Below are positions 48,970-61,479 of a stretch of 64,000 nucleotides of DNA, one piece after another; the first letter of the stretch is position 1; the number at the start of each line of letters is the position of its first letter. The stretch covers positions 104,906,001 to 104,970,000 of the forward strand of contig CM052817.1 of NCBI GenBank assembly GCA_028534125.1. The letters are read 5' to 3'. The DNA is from Lama glama. Lineage: Eukaryota. Made by a program: the position numbers and the translations under genes. The notes under the pieces are model-generated. The model did no database searches and was not told where the DNA came from. It worked only from the letters and a program-made list of their open reading frames with translations.

Positions 48970-49232
48970 CATGACATCATAATACAGCCATAATAAAGGG
49001 AGAAGAGACAAAGAATGGCAGGAGCTGACTCTAAGAACTTTTCCAACATGTTGGACACAACGCTTTTCCATCTATATGGTTGGCCAAAATTGGTCACATG
49101 CCACGTGTAGCTGTGAGGCAGGCTGAGAAACATTATTTGCTTACAGTGGCCATACACCCTGCTAAAAATCAGGGCCCTATTGTTAAGCAAACAGAAGAAG
49201 ATAATCATTAGGGCAGACAAAGGCAGCTGCAA
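48970..49232 (-). mobile_element. MLT1 (J/K-like) LTR fragment
   Basis: TTGGCCAAAATTGGTCACATG.CCAC..TAGCTG.GAGG.AGGCTG.GAAA. Confidence 0.65.
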
Positions 49233-52200
49233 GATTTTCTTACATACAACACATTGCTTCTTCCCTAAGGTAACCTCATAATTCTATTCTCACACCAATC
49301 CTAGAATTATATTCAACTACTATATCCAGCCCCATGTTGCAGATCTCTTGGTGCTAACTGTCCTATTCATCCAGCTCAGATGAGGCTTTTTACAGTATAA
49401 AAAATGTAAAACAAACAAACAAACAAACAAAAAAATCCAAAACAAAACCCAAAAAACATATTAAATAAATCAGAAAATACAGATGAATGTAGAAATTGAT
49501 TAATAATTTGTTTGTAGCTATAGTCAGATACCACTTGGCAAAAATTGCACAGATCCCTTGACTTCTCAGGAGAGTAAGTTCATTGTTTAAACTAGAGGAA
49601 GAACATGGTCTGCCTCTGTGTTTCTCTCATAGAATTCTGCTAAAAACAGGGAAAAGAGGCAAAGACAGCAAAAAAAAGTTAGAAAACACCAATAATATAA
49701 CTTTTAACCATTTTCCCAATTGCTGTACTTTTAGTTAGCATGTTGTCTTCCTTGCTGTATACTGCAAGTGATAACTGGATTCATATTTCTACCTCTAAAA
49801 ACCAGGGCATCAGCTTTCCATCCCTTAATATCTGAGTTCTTAAAATGCATCTTACTGTGATCTGGACATGACGCATTCATAGCACAACTTCTGGCTCCAG
49901 AACAAAATTGCTCCTGCTGTCCCCTGCACCACAATGATTCACGGCCGACACCTGCTTCTTGACGTAAACAACACAAGAATCAGGCTCTGGCCCCCCTGCA
50001 TCAGCTGCCACAGGGCAAAATGTGTCCATTCCCATACTTGTCACCTTGAATGGGAGTCCCAACTTCAAAGGGTTTACTCTTGCCTTCCAAAATCTCACAT
50101 GGGCACATCTGCTCATTGAATATTATGTCAACATATCAAACCATAATTCTTTGCTCACTTGGTTAATGGAATATTTGGTTCTTCAGATTTTAGCATGGAG
50201 TAGAGATTGTTACAAGAGGTTAAAATTGAGTGTTTTAACTTTAATACCTGCCAAAAAAATCCCAAGGGGTGAAGTCATGCTATAAAGATTATTAATGTGT
50301 CTACCAACAGCAACAGCTATAATGTAGGTTACAGGGGCAGGAGGGCAGAGGAGGTCAGATGACAAGGACAAAACTTTGCTTTGAGAGAGAAATGGAAGAG
50401 TGGGAGGACAGTGAATTAGAATAATTTATCTTATTAGCCCAAATTATTCACTGCAGAAGTCATCCTTTCTCTTCTTTTCCATTCTTGTCTTCTCTCGTTG
50501 CTTTTCTTTCTCTTTTAATACTTAACACTCTTTTATTCTTTCTTTCGTCTAATTTTTTTTCTCTTTTCTTTGTTCTTACTAGTACTTCTTTTCCTTAAGT
50601 AATAACTCATGGATTATCCCCTCTATGTTTCCTACTCAAATTTGAAAAGATCTGCGATAAAGTTTCAAATTGACTCATTTAGCAAATCACATGCAAAACA
50701 GAATAGATCACTTTTGGATAGTTACCGAATCATCCTAAACCAGCTCTGGGCTTTGGTCTTATGATTCCTAACCCGTTTTTTGTTTGTTTGTTTGTTTTTG
50801 ATGTTTCACATTACACCACGCTGTTTAAGTAATAGTTACCCATTGACACTTGAAGCAGTCCTGGCTTACTGGCTCTTACCTTGAAGGTTTCTAGTGTCCA
50901 TTTCCTGTCTTTTCTTGCTTTCCTTCTCTCCTTACTTCCTTTTCTTTTTCCTTTTTTCCTTTTGGAGAAGTTACGAATACTAGAAAAGGGAAGCACTTCT
51001 GAGAGAGTCACTCACTCGCTGAGACTCTTAAGAAAATCATCATAATCTTTAGTACGTGTTCTCTGATGCTAAGTCCTCATGGCTTATTCTGAACAATCAA
51101 ATATATGTCAAACATTTCTTAGCTCCTAGAGGACTTAAAAAATTTAAACTTCATGAAACAAAGACTAATTACATACTTTAACTTTAATAAGCATTCTTTA
51201 AAAGAGACTGCCTACAACTGATTATTCATTTTAATTTAAAACAGATTTTTGACCTTTTGCCCTAATGATATCACCTTCTCAGGTAATATCTTAGAGGTAT
51301 GTCATTTGGGAACCTAAACTGAGCCCTAAAAACAAAATACCTCATTTGATTAATGTGTTTTCCTTTCAAATTCTTTTATTACTTTTTATTCTCTAACACA
51401 AAAGACTGAGCAATGACATGAAATAATGTATTGCGCCCTGGGGAACTACTCATTATGTGTTAGACATTCATCAAGTGCTATTAAGCATTTGGAAATGCAA
51501 AAAGCATAGCTAGTTAGTGACAGAAGCTTTCATGTAATTAGTAGAATGAATACGATGATTTAAAAAAAGTATCTGTCTCAGTGAAGACAAAGAGGAAAGT
51601 CTTTAGGAAAATATAAAAGACTGAAAGAAGCATGGCTACCTGATTTATTCTCCCAACCATCATGTTTTGAACAGTGTACTGGTTAAAAGTGTACTGAGGT
51701 TGTGTTGGAAACCTGATATAGCGACGTGTCGTCTTCTGGACACTGACAGGCTTACCTAGCACACACAGCCAACACTGGGAAAAAATACTGGTATTTGAAG
51801 TGAATATTCTTTATCTACACATATTGAACTATTACAATCCCAATAAGTTTGTGTTAGGCCAGAATGAAAAAATAAGATGATAAAAGTGATGGAGATACTG
51901 GTTGATAGAGAAAGAAATGAACCAGGGGAGGATCCTGTTATTTTGAGTATGTTCTTAACAAACGATTGGATAGTCTACTTTTTTAAGGTTGGTTTTTGAG
52001 ACATCCCATGTCAGCCCTCCTTTTGGTGTTGTGACATTTCACAACAATGTGCTTTGCTTTGGTTTATTGATGGATATATTTTCCTGCAGGTGCTTAGAAT
52101 TGCACAGGGTTATTCTATTTTCTTTGCATCTCTTCTTTATAAATAAATCAAAGAAATGAATAATTGTACCATTTCAGAGAGCTTGAAACAATGCTGCTTT

Positions 52201-52784
52201 TATTTAATATAAATACATTCTAGGCAGAAAACGCTCCAGGTTGGGATAGAGATAAAATGGTATTAGATTTAAATCCTGCTTTATTTCTTACTAGCTATGT
52301 AACATTTTCCAAATTACCTATGGTTGAAACTGTGATTTAGTTTAAGTGGAGATCATTTTATCTATATTCAAAGCTGTTCTGATGGTTAAAGGTAATAGCA
52401 CAAGAGAAAGTGCCCAGCAAAACAAATGGAGCACAACATGTTTGCAAAGAAAATAGCTCTGCCTTCACTCCTTTTACGTGGCTTTTGGTTTTTCGTTTTT
52501 CATAATCCTGTAGGCAGTATTCCAGAGTTATATAACAACAACAACAACAAAAATGTTTTAAAAAAGAGAAGAATTTGGGAGACACAAACTGGAGAAATAA
52601 AGACTTTCTCAATGAAATGAATCTATTAATTATGAAGTATTATTGCAAAAGAAAAACATCTATATTATTGATGATTGAGCAATAATAAGTTTTATGAGTC
52701 TAGTTTACGTTCAGTGGCAACATTTCCTAAATGTTGAGACATCTACCTTCAGAAAGCCCCCCTCTACCCACTTTTCCTCAGCTG

Positions 52785-53698
52785 AATGCTGGGTTAGTCC
52801 AGACACTGAGAAGACGATACCAAGATGCTATTCAACCCACAAAAGTTACACGAAGTGAAATGTCCATACGAGATAAACTAGAGTGGGAACAGAGTAAGGC
52901 TAGAAGAGCCATCAGACTGAGATGCAAAACTGACCCAGGAGAAGGAGAGAGGAAGAGAAAGTTGGATCAAAGTGCTACAGACTGCCTTTGGAAGAATTCT
53001 GAACCAAAAAATTGGGACGAGTCTATCTTAGTGTTTCAAACACAGTTGTTTGCTGGCTAGTGTGAATGAAAAATATTGCCAGCCATATTAGTAAACAAAA
53101 CGTGCTGAAGCCATCAAGTCATCAGCCACTGCCACCACCCCCAACAGTGAGTGGAGGGAACTCAGGATGCAGACAAGCAGGCAGCTTGGCCTCTGTAGCC
53201 ACCTCCAGTGGTGCCCCTGTGGGGACTCAGGATGGGAAAGAATAGGACACTGGCCCTAGACATCTAGGTGCACATCAAAGGAACAATTTTCAGTGAGCCT
53301 GGACATTTGCACCTTCCCATACTAGAAAAGTGTTAAATTCTTTAACTTGAGACGTCTGGTTTTCTTTAATTAACAGTAGTCATTTGATGTTCCAACTACC
53401 TGATCTTTGTTGTAAAACTCCTACATATCCTGGCTCCTCCCCTACCTCTTCAGAGAAGACCCTCGGTGCGATCTGGGAGGCTGTCATCCTGGGCTGAGTC
53501 CTCAGAAATGTCTGCCAACTAAAAGCATAACATTCCACTTCTAGGTTATGCATTTGATTTCAGTTGACACTAGACACAGACTGTTGAGGGCATGGCTTTG
53601 GGGCAAACACATGATGGATTTCAGAGTACAGCAGCTGGGATCCCTATCCTCTTGTCCCCTGTGGTTGAAGATCTACAAGGTGTGTTCTCATGGCCACA
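52785..53698 (-). mobile_element. LTR16-like (ERVL) LTR, split by a family-A LTR
   Basis: AGAGCCATCAGAC..GATGCA...CTGACCC...GAAGGAGAGAGG before the insert; GATGGATTTCAGAG..CAGCAGCTGGG...TTCTCATGGCCACA after it. Confidence 0.75.
53061..53569 (+). mobile_element. ERV1-type solo LTR (family A), complete
   Basis: TGTGAATG...GTTGACA termini and a perfect CTAG TSD (53057-53060 / 53570-53573). Confidence 0.92.
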
Positions 53699-53964
53699 AA
53701 TATTCTTCCTCTATGAAATTACTCACTTATGTTTCCACTTAGGTTTCTGTCTCTTCTTTTGAGTTCTGGACTTCTTAAGACCAAGGTCAAGTCCTGTTCG
53801 TCTTTGTGTCTATCAAACATAGCCCACGCTAGGCCAAATGTTTTAAAAGTGAATCATTTTGTATCTGTAACCACCAAGACATTATCCCATTCTCTGTTCT
53901 TTGTTGTGTCCGGAGGGGCGTTAGTATGATTGTGAGCATTAGTGTGAATGAAGCACACGACAGG

Positions 53965-54135
53965 GCAAGGTCATGTAGTGGTTGAAAGCAAAATCTCTGA
54001 AGTTAGGTTAGATTTCTCTTGCTTCTGATCAGTGACCTTGGAAAAGTCTTTTAAACCTAATGTTCATTTCGCATCTTCAAAGCTGAGTTGGTGGTGGTTC
54101 CTTAATTAAATGGCTGTCTGTGGGAACTAAGTTAA
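53965..54135 (+). mobile_element. MIR fragment
   Basis: TGTAGTGGTT.AAAGCA...CTCTG.AGT.AG...GTGACCTTGG.AAAGT..TTAA.CCT. Confidence 0.6.
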
Positions 54136-54632
54136 TTCATCACACACCAACAAAAAAATACATTTATATTCATTATCTAGTTCAATATCTTAATGAATCA
54201 AAGCATGGAAGAAGAAAAATAAATGCAACAGCTGTAATGAAGAATATGCTTTGGAAAATCATAGTGGCTGAATTGATGCAGATACTACTTCAGTTTTTCC
54301 ATGCAAATGGTTTTAGTTGGAGACGATTTAAATATCATGAACTCATCACACACGAATCACTGGGTAGTCTAAATATTTTTAAGATAATTGTGAGTTTTTA
54401 TTTTAACTTTGCCAAGAGAAGTCAATGGAATACTCTATAATCCTCAAATATTGTTCTTCTTGTGAAATGACATTTGGAAAATTCAGGGGTTTTCTTCATA
54501 AATTATTACTGTGGTTCCAGTGCCTGAATTGCTTTCAATCCAAGCTACAAATAGGGGCAAGTAGATTTTTATTTTTTGGAACCATAGATGTTTTTACTTT
54601 ATTACACAGTATCCTGTATATAATACTATTAT

Positions 54633-55132
54633 NNNNNNNNNNNNNNNNNNNNNNNNNNNNNNNNNNNNNNNNNNNNNNNNNNNNNNNNNNNNNNNNNNNN
54701 NNNNNNNNNNNNNNNNNNNNNNNNNNNNNNNNNNNNNNNNNNNNNNNNNNNNNNNNNNNNNNNNNNNNNNNNNNNNNNNNNNNNNNNNNNNNNNNNNNNN
54801 NNNNNNNNNNNNNNNNNNNNNNNNNNNNNNNNNNNNNNNNNNNNNNNNNNNNNNNNNNNNNNNNNNNNNNNNNNNNNNNNNNNNNNNNNNNNNNNNNNNN
54901 NNNNNNNNNNNNNNNNNNNNNNNNNNNNNNNNNNNNNNNNNNNNNNNNNNNNNNNNNNNNNNNNNNNNNNNNNNNNNNNNNNNNNNNNNNNNNNNNNNNN
55001 NNNNNNNNNNNNNNNNNNNNNNNNNNNNNNNNNNNNNNNNNNNNNNNNNNNNNNNNNNNNNNNNNNNNNNNNNNNNNNNNNNNNNNNNNNNNNNNNNNNN
55101 NNNNNNNNNNNNNNNNNNNNNNNNNNNNNNNN
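54633..55132. other. Assembly gap (500 N)
   Basis: Exactly 500 N. Confidence 0.99.
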
Positions 55133-55735
55133 GTCAACCAATGCTTGGTTTTACATTCAGCAAAGATACATCTTCTGATTCTTCTGAAGAGAAGGAAGAG
55201 ATCTAGAATGTATTGAATAGCTTTAATCTAGCCCTTAGTTTGATCACCTTCTCCTCAAATTCAGCTCCAGAGGCATGAAGTGCTGCCAGTATCTGAGCTT
55301 TCTAAGGATACTGTGAAAATACCAGAGTGTTTATCAGTGATTCCCACTGCCGGCCTCAAACTTAGCTTCTCTGGATCTTCTCAGTTAGGTATAATTCAAT
55401 GCCTCCATCACACATTTGCATCTTCCAGAATGAAAATGATTTATATTTTTCTTATCCTCCTGGGTTTATCTCCTTTAAAATGAAGTGAAAAATAAATGTG
55501 GATATAATCTGTTCAATCTACCATTTAAAGCTGATCTTTTTACTTTTTTACCAACTATAATGTTGATTTCAATAAATTGTTTTTTCTTGTTAAAAGTACA
55601 CTAATCACAAAAGACTTAAAATTATGGTTCATCCATATAATAAATACTATTAGCTATTAAAATTATGTTTCTGAAATTTTAATAATATGAGTAAATTATT
55701 CTTTTAATCCTGGAATTTTCATTGTTTTTTAATCC

Positions 55736-55947
55736 TTTTTTTTATTTCACCTTTTTAAATTTTATTTTTTATTGAAATACAGTCAATTACAATGTGTCAA
55801 TTTCCAGTGTACAGCACAATGTCCCAGTCATGCACATTCATAGATATATTCATTTTCACATTTTTTTTGTTTAAAGGTTATTACAAGATATTGAAGCTAG
55901 TTCCCTGTGCCATGCAGAAGAAACTTGAAAATCTATTTTTATATAAT
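55736..55947 (-). mobile_element. Lineage L1 3' terminus
   Basis: TTTTTATTGAA.TA.AGTCA.TTACAATGTGTCAATTTC..GTGTACAGCA; same subfamily as 12097-12765. Confidence 0.88.
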
Positions 55948-58142
55948 TCATATGTCTCTGATGAGATGTTTTATCTTTTTCTTTGTGTATCTGAGAATAG
56001 ATATAAAAACTGCTTTAAATTTCTCATCTGATAATCTCAGCGTGTGTGTTACTTGGGGGGGTCATTGTCACTGATTGCATTTTCTCTTGGAAATCACTCA
56101 CTTTGTTTTTATGTTGGCTAATTTTGGATTGCATACTAGGCATTGTGATAATGTGCTGTATCTTCAGTGGAATCTGTTCTACTGTTCTAAAGACTCAAAC
56201 TGAAAATTCTGCCTTCCTTTTAGTGGGTGGCGGCTAGAAATTCAGGTCCCTTTGTTTAAGTTTAGCTCTTTGGAGCATATCTTATATACGCATCATTAAG
56301 AAGTCAGTCCGAGAATTGTCTGCAGTTTTTACATAGGGTTTGGCCCTCTGCCTAACTTGCTGTTTCAAGGATTTTTCACCTCAATTTGTCATCAATTCAT
56401 AGATGCTTCAAACTCTGTCCTCAGATCCGCAAGCCAATAAGCTTGCAGGTTTTCCATTAGAGTTTTAGCCTCCGTACATGAGACAGACTGTGGCATGCCA
56501 CAAGTTAAAAGCAGTGAAAGATAGAAAAAATCACCAGCATTATTCCTTTCTTCCAAGTTTGAACTTCTCACCAGTATGTGCCTCCTTTTGGTTGCTCTCC
56601 AATGCCTTATTCTACCATATATTAACGCTGAGGATTGCTTATCTCCAGTGTTCCACTTTTCCTATCTAGAATAACGATTATAAGTGTTTTTCCTCTCTAT
56701 TCTTATTATTATTTCCTATTTATGAGAAACTTATATCTTATACTTTATAGGACATTAATTTTCCAAAATGCATGAATACACAAAGTTTGAAATTTGAAAA
56801 TACTTTTCTATGCCATTTGAATACTGATAGAAATGGTATGGAAGAAAGAAGGAAGCAGAGGGCTGGGAAGAAAAGCTATATAACTGATGGAGAAGTTCTT
56901 AGGAGCACAGAGGAAATGCCCTATTGAGATTTTTTATCTTAGAGAAAAGACACTTTCTCTGTAGTCAGAGATGGGACATAGAGGAGAATAGGTGCTGTTT
57001 GAGATGATTGTTAAACTCAAAAATCTACGTTGTATAAGACAAGAGGAAATGGAGAAAAATGCTGAGAAGAAAAGCACAGGAATCAGTGGATTGAAAAGTC
57101 ACAGACGATAATTCTATATAAAAAGGGAAATGCTACAAAGGTAAATCATCAGGAAAGGCTGTTGGTGGGGCTTGGGATTTCTGAATTAGTGACTTTGTCA
57201 CTAGGACAATTTCTGGCAACTCTTAGGACATGTTACAGAGAGGAAAAGGTTGAGGGGAGGTGGAGGGGGAAGGTCAATGGAACTTAGGCCAAAGCAAGGA
57301 AAAAGCCAGGATGTTGGAACTGTTTTAATAGAATCTAGGATGGGGAAAAGAAAAAAAAATTCTAGGATGAAAACAATGATATGGCATTGGATGCTAAAAG
57401 CCAGGTATGTGTATCTTTGGAAAATGTCATAAACAAGAAGTCTCTTTTTTTTTTTTTTCACAAGTTAAGGGAGAGAGTAATCGGAGTTTCAAAGGATCAA
57501 ACTTTATTTTTAAATATAAAAATAAGGGGAAAACCATCTGAACAGGAAGACATTGATTCCAAACCCTGGTTTTAAGGTACACATGACATGAGAGAAAAAG
57601 CAGCTTGAGCTTTTAAAGAGGGCAGAAAGAGTAGTCATTTCAGACCCTAGTTAAGGCCGAGACACAGGCTACATATCTACCGAAGAGTTTTAAAGTTTTA
57701 GAGGTGAAGCAGAAATATTAGAGAACACATTGGAAAGAGATTGTTGGGAGAGGTGAGGAGTGAGGGGCTGTGTCAGAAGAAAAAGCTAACATCTACAGAC
57801 CACGGCAGACCACTGGTACGTTGTGGTCCTTACCGTGTCTCGGAAAAGAGTGATGCTTGTTTCTTTGTTGGCTATATTCAGATAAAATCATTTAATTTTC
57901 CTCATGAGAAACCTCAGTAAATCTATCCAATTAAATAAATACTACAAATAAATAAATACTACAAATCAACTCCTCTAAAGCTGCATTTATCATTTCAGAT
58001 AGAGATCCATAAAATTTTAAATAGTTTTTTAATAAATACACTTTTATCATCAAATTGACTCTTTCTGCACTCATAAAATACTCTGCAGCTGATCTGGGGT
58101 TGGGGGGAATGCAGAAAGAACTCTTTTTTGCTTGTATTTCAA

Positions 58143-58336
58143 ATAATAATAATCGCATCTCATGAATTGTGCTTCATGACTCGATCAATTATTTAACTGA
58201 AAACTCTTAATAATTACTGGAGTTAGGTGCTATCAAAATTCCTATTTTAAGGCCTGAGGAGGTTAAAGAACTTGTCCAAGTTCACACACCCAGTAAAAAA
58301 CAGAGCTGGGATTTGAATCTCGGGAGTCTGACCCCT
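58143..58336 (-). mobile_element. MIR SINE
   Basis: GAGGTTAAAGAACTTGTCCAAG.TCACAC...AGAGCTGGGATTTGAA.C...AGTCTGAC. Confidence 0.8.
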
Positions 58337-59403
58337 CCCTCAACACATGCATGCCATTCACGAGGAACTTGATTTTAAATTTGTTTCTGACACTAAAACC
58401 AAAGGAGAAGAATGGTTCACTGACCTTAACACCTGTGTTGGGAGAAAATCAATTTGGAATCAGTTATCTTGATCTATAAGTTGTTACTGAGCACGGCAGG
58501 CAGCAGACACGACTGGTTTAACACATGGCTCCTTAATTAGGCTTCTTTATCACCTAATTTATGCCTGATGTTGGATTACTGTTTTAAACCTTTCTTGGAA
58601 GGGTTACATTACTTAACATATGTAAACCACTTAGGACGGTACCTGGTGCATAATAATTAGTGATGCGTCAGCAATTATTGCTAAATACTGCTTAGAATAT
58701 TAATTTTAAGGGTTTGGAAACAGACACAAAGCTTTTCATGTCTCATAAACAAACAAATATATCCAAAAAGATTCTTTCTCTCAAGTTGTAAAAGACTTAA
58801 CTTTTTTTTTTTTTAACTTAAGATCGGCACAGTCTGAAACCTATAAAGATGAAACCTGTAAAAATGCAGCTCCTCTTTCAGAAAAGCAGGTGAAACCTTG
58901 GCAGTCTGGTGTACATGCAATTAGAAGCACTTCAAGCTGGTAAAACAGTGTCATCTAGTGAGAACTTTAGGTGAGAAAATTCCCTGAACTACATTAACAT
59001 GCCTGAACAGATCTATTCACAGAATTCACATTCTTAGAATTAAAAAAAAGAATCCATTATCACTCAAATGATATGTAAGTGAGAGTGGATGCTTTAGATG
59101 AGTTCACCATAATGAAAAAGACACAGAGATTTAGCAAGTCGAGAAACACTTGACTTAGTTCCATAAGTGGTATATTAGGTAGTCCTCATCACAATTTTGA
59201 AATTTCTGTATTTGAAGGTTTATTCATTTGTATTTTGGAAGTTTGAAAGCAGCTTGCTGTTGTTTTTGTTGTATTTGGTGTTTTGTGTTGTCTTGTCTTT
59301 GATTTCTCTCTAAGGTTACAAATAGCTCCTGAGACAGATACACAATGAATCGTCTATTAAAGTCCACTTGGTCAAGGGTTGATTGACAGCTATTTGAAAA
59401 CAC

Positions 59404-59916
59404 AGTTACCAGGAGAGTAGGTAGATTCTTGTCTCATAGCAGACATAATTCAGAGATAAGACACAGAGATTAAGAAAGTAAAGTGGGCATTTATTAAGGG
59501 ATAGACAGCACACTCTCAAGGGGAGAGCAGGCACTCAGGTGAGTGCTGTGCTGAGGCTTTTTGGCAAGCTGGTTACACAGGGTGTACAAATGAATGGGTG
59601 GAATATTCATTGGAGAGGAAGGGGCTTGGGGTTGTATTCCTTGATTTCCATCCCAGCTCAGACTTCCCGAGGGGAGGAGGGATTTAGTCCTTATTCAGTC
59701 TTGATCAGAAGTGTCATGGTGTCAGTGCATGATGGCTACTTTTAATCTGCAAGGCTAATTTTATTATAATGAATGTATAATGAAGCTCAAGGTCTCATGG
59801 AAGTCCGGATCTTCTGCCATCTTGGGTTTAGTTGGTTCTAACCAGTTTATGTCCTATCCTCAATGGCTGTGTCATTCTTTTAATGGTTGTGCCCTGCACA
59901 CTTCCCTCCTGTTTCA
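59404..59916 (-). mobile_element. MER41-like ERV1 solo LTR
   Basis: Reverse-strand MER41-group motifs GTTACC.G, ATTAAGAAAGTAAAG, GGGTGGA.TATTCAT, TGTCATGG.G.. and GCCATCTTGG.TT; TSD ACAC/GCAC. Confidence 0.72.
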
Positions 59917-61479
59917 GCACCATCCTATTAGAAGAGTATAAAATAGATCTGGTTGTGGGCAGAAGTGGTATCTACTTGGGCAGTGTTGACACACTTTACA
60001 GAGAAATGCTTACATTTAAAAGTCGATCGTCAGAGCTTGACTTTTCCAGTTCAAACATGTTCATGGCAACTGAGGTTGCCTCCATCCTCAGGTAGGTATA
60101 TTTGCTTTTTAAAAACCACTTTTGGCTTTTGACAGTATTCTCTGAGATTTTTCCCTCTCTAGAATGTCAATGCTTCTTCCACAAAATACTTTGAAACAAA
60201 ATGATGAAACAGAGAACCCCTCAGAATCTGGGAAACTATTTAGGGTAGAATTTTCACACTGCATTTAGAAACCCAGTAGGAAGTGAACTCATAACAAATG
60301 AGCCGGCCAAGGTAAGCACTCAGGGTACTAATTCCATGAAGGAATAAGCAGGTGCTTCTTTTTGTCAGATGGTATTTCTGCCATATACTAACAATTAGAT
60401 AACATTTCTTTTGTGTTAAGTTCCAGAAAGGATCCCACAAGTCACACATTCTTTAAGATATTAGCATTTTCTGCCGTGATTATTATTACATTGTCTTTTG
60501 TACAGATGACTAAGTTCCCATTATGAGCTCTCTTTGTCTAGACTAGAATCTCAAACATTCACTAAACATCAAGGTTATTATTGTAACTGAATAAAATGAG
60601 CCCAAATATTTAAAAATTCTTGATGCTAAAAATAAATAAAAATTATCACCAAAGCTTGAAATACTGCATCAATTAATGAATAATTCAATTGAGCTTATTA
60701 AAGAAGTCACATAATAGCATGTTAGACTTAATACAATCTGGTTTTAAATAAGTTTAGGAATTGCATATTAAAGAGTTATTAAGGTTATTGACCTTCTAAT
60801 CTGCATCTTTAGATACAATTAAATGTAAATTTTAATTCTTAGTTGGAAACCTTTAGGCAGTTATAATTTTTAAAATAAAGCTTGAATATATTATTTTTCA
60901 ATTTAGAATTAATTAACAGCATTAGTTATTCATAACCATTTATATATAATTTATAATTTCAATGCAATTAAAATTTCTTCCAACCCTGACATATTTTCTC
61001 ATTCCTTATAATAGCAATTTAATTATTTTGTGATTATAGCATCAATTAAAAAAAGAAAGCTCCAAAGGGGAATATTAGCACCTTAATCTGTTTAAGAGAT
61101 TCCCACTATGCTTTTTACCCTACTTATGTAGGTCACTACAGCAAGCCACGTCTCCCAGGCCCTCTTTTCATCAGGATGCTAATCCTAGTGCATTTCTAAG
61201 CCAACCCTGTTTTTCACCTCTCACTAATGCTTTCACTAAGTACCTGGACCTAAAAGCCCTTCATTGACACAGTCGCTCTGTCACTCTGTCACATCTTCCC
61301 TCAAAGCTTCCCTCAAAGACAGTGAGCATGCTTTCTTGTTAGAACTGTTCTACTCTGGAGGACACTGCTCTGAGGCTCACTCACGTGGTGGCTGAAGGTC
61401 ATTCACGTTACTCTGCCTCCCTACACCACTGGATCTGGAGGTGTGGTATGTAGATCTCTGTTGGCTTCACTTTGGTAAT

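Noticed and set aside
51750..51790. 19-nt minus-strand microexon (TTTTTTCCCAG / GTAAG)
   Set aside because: It is not a multiple of three, the pyrimidine tract is short, and no partner exons are identifiable, so it is expected by chance.
42110..53569. Two same-orientation family-A LTRs about 11 kb apart as the ends of one provirus
   Set aside because: The interval holds older L1, L2, MIR and MLT relics and no gag/pol/env. The 53061 copy has its own CTAG TSD inside LTR16, and the two LTRs differ structurally.
5184..55216. Long ORFs of 170-263 aa at 5.2, 32.0 and 54.5 kb
   Set aside because: They are artefacts of translating through N gaps.
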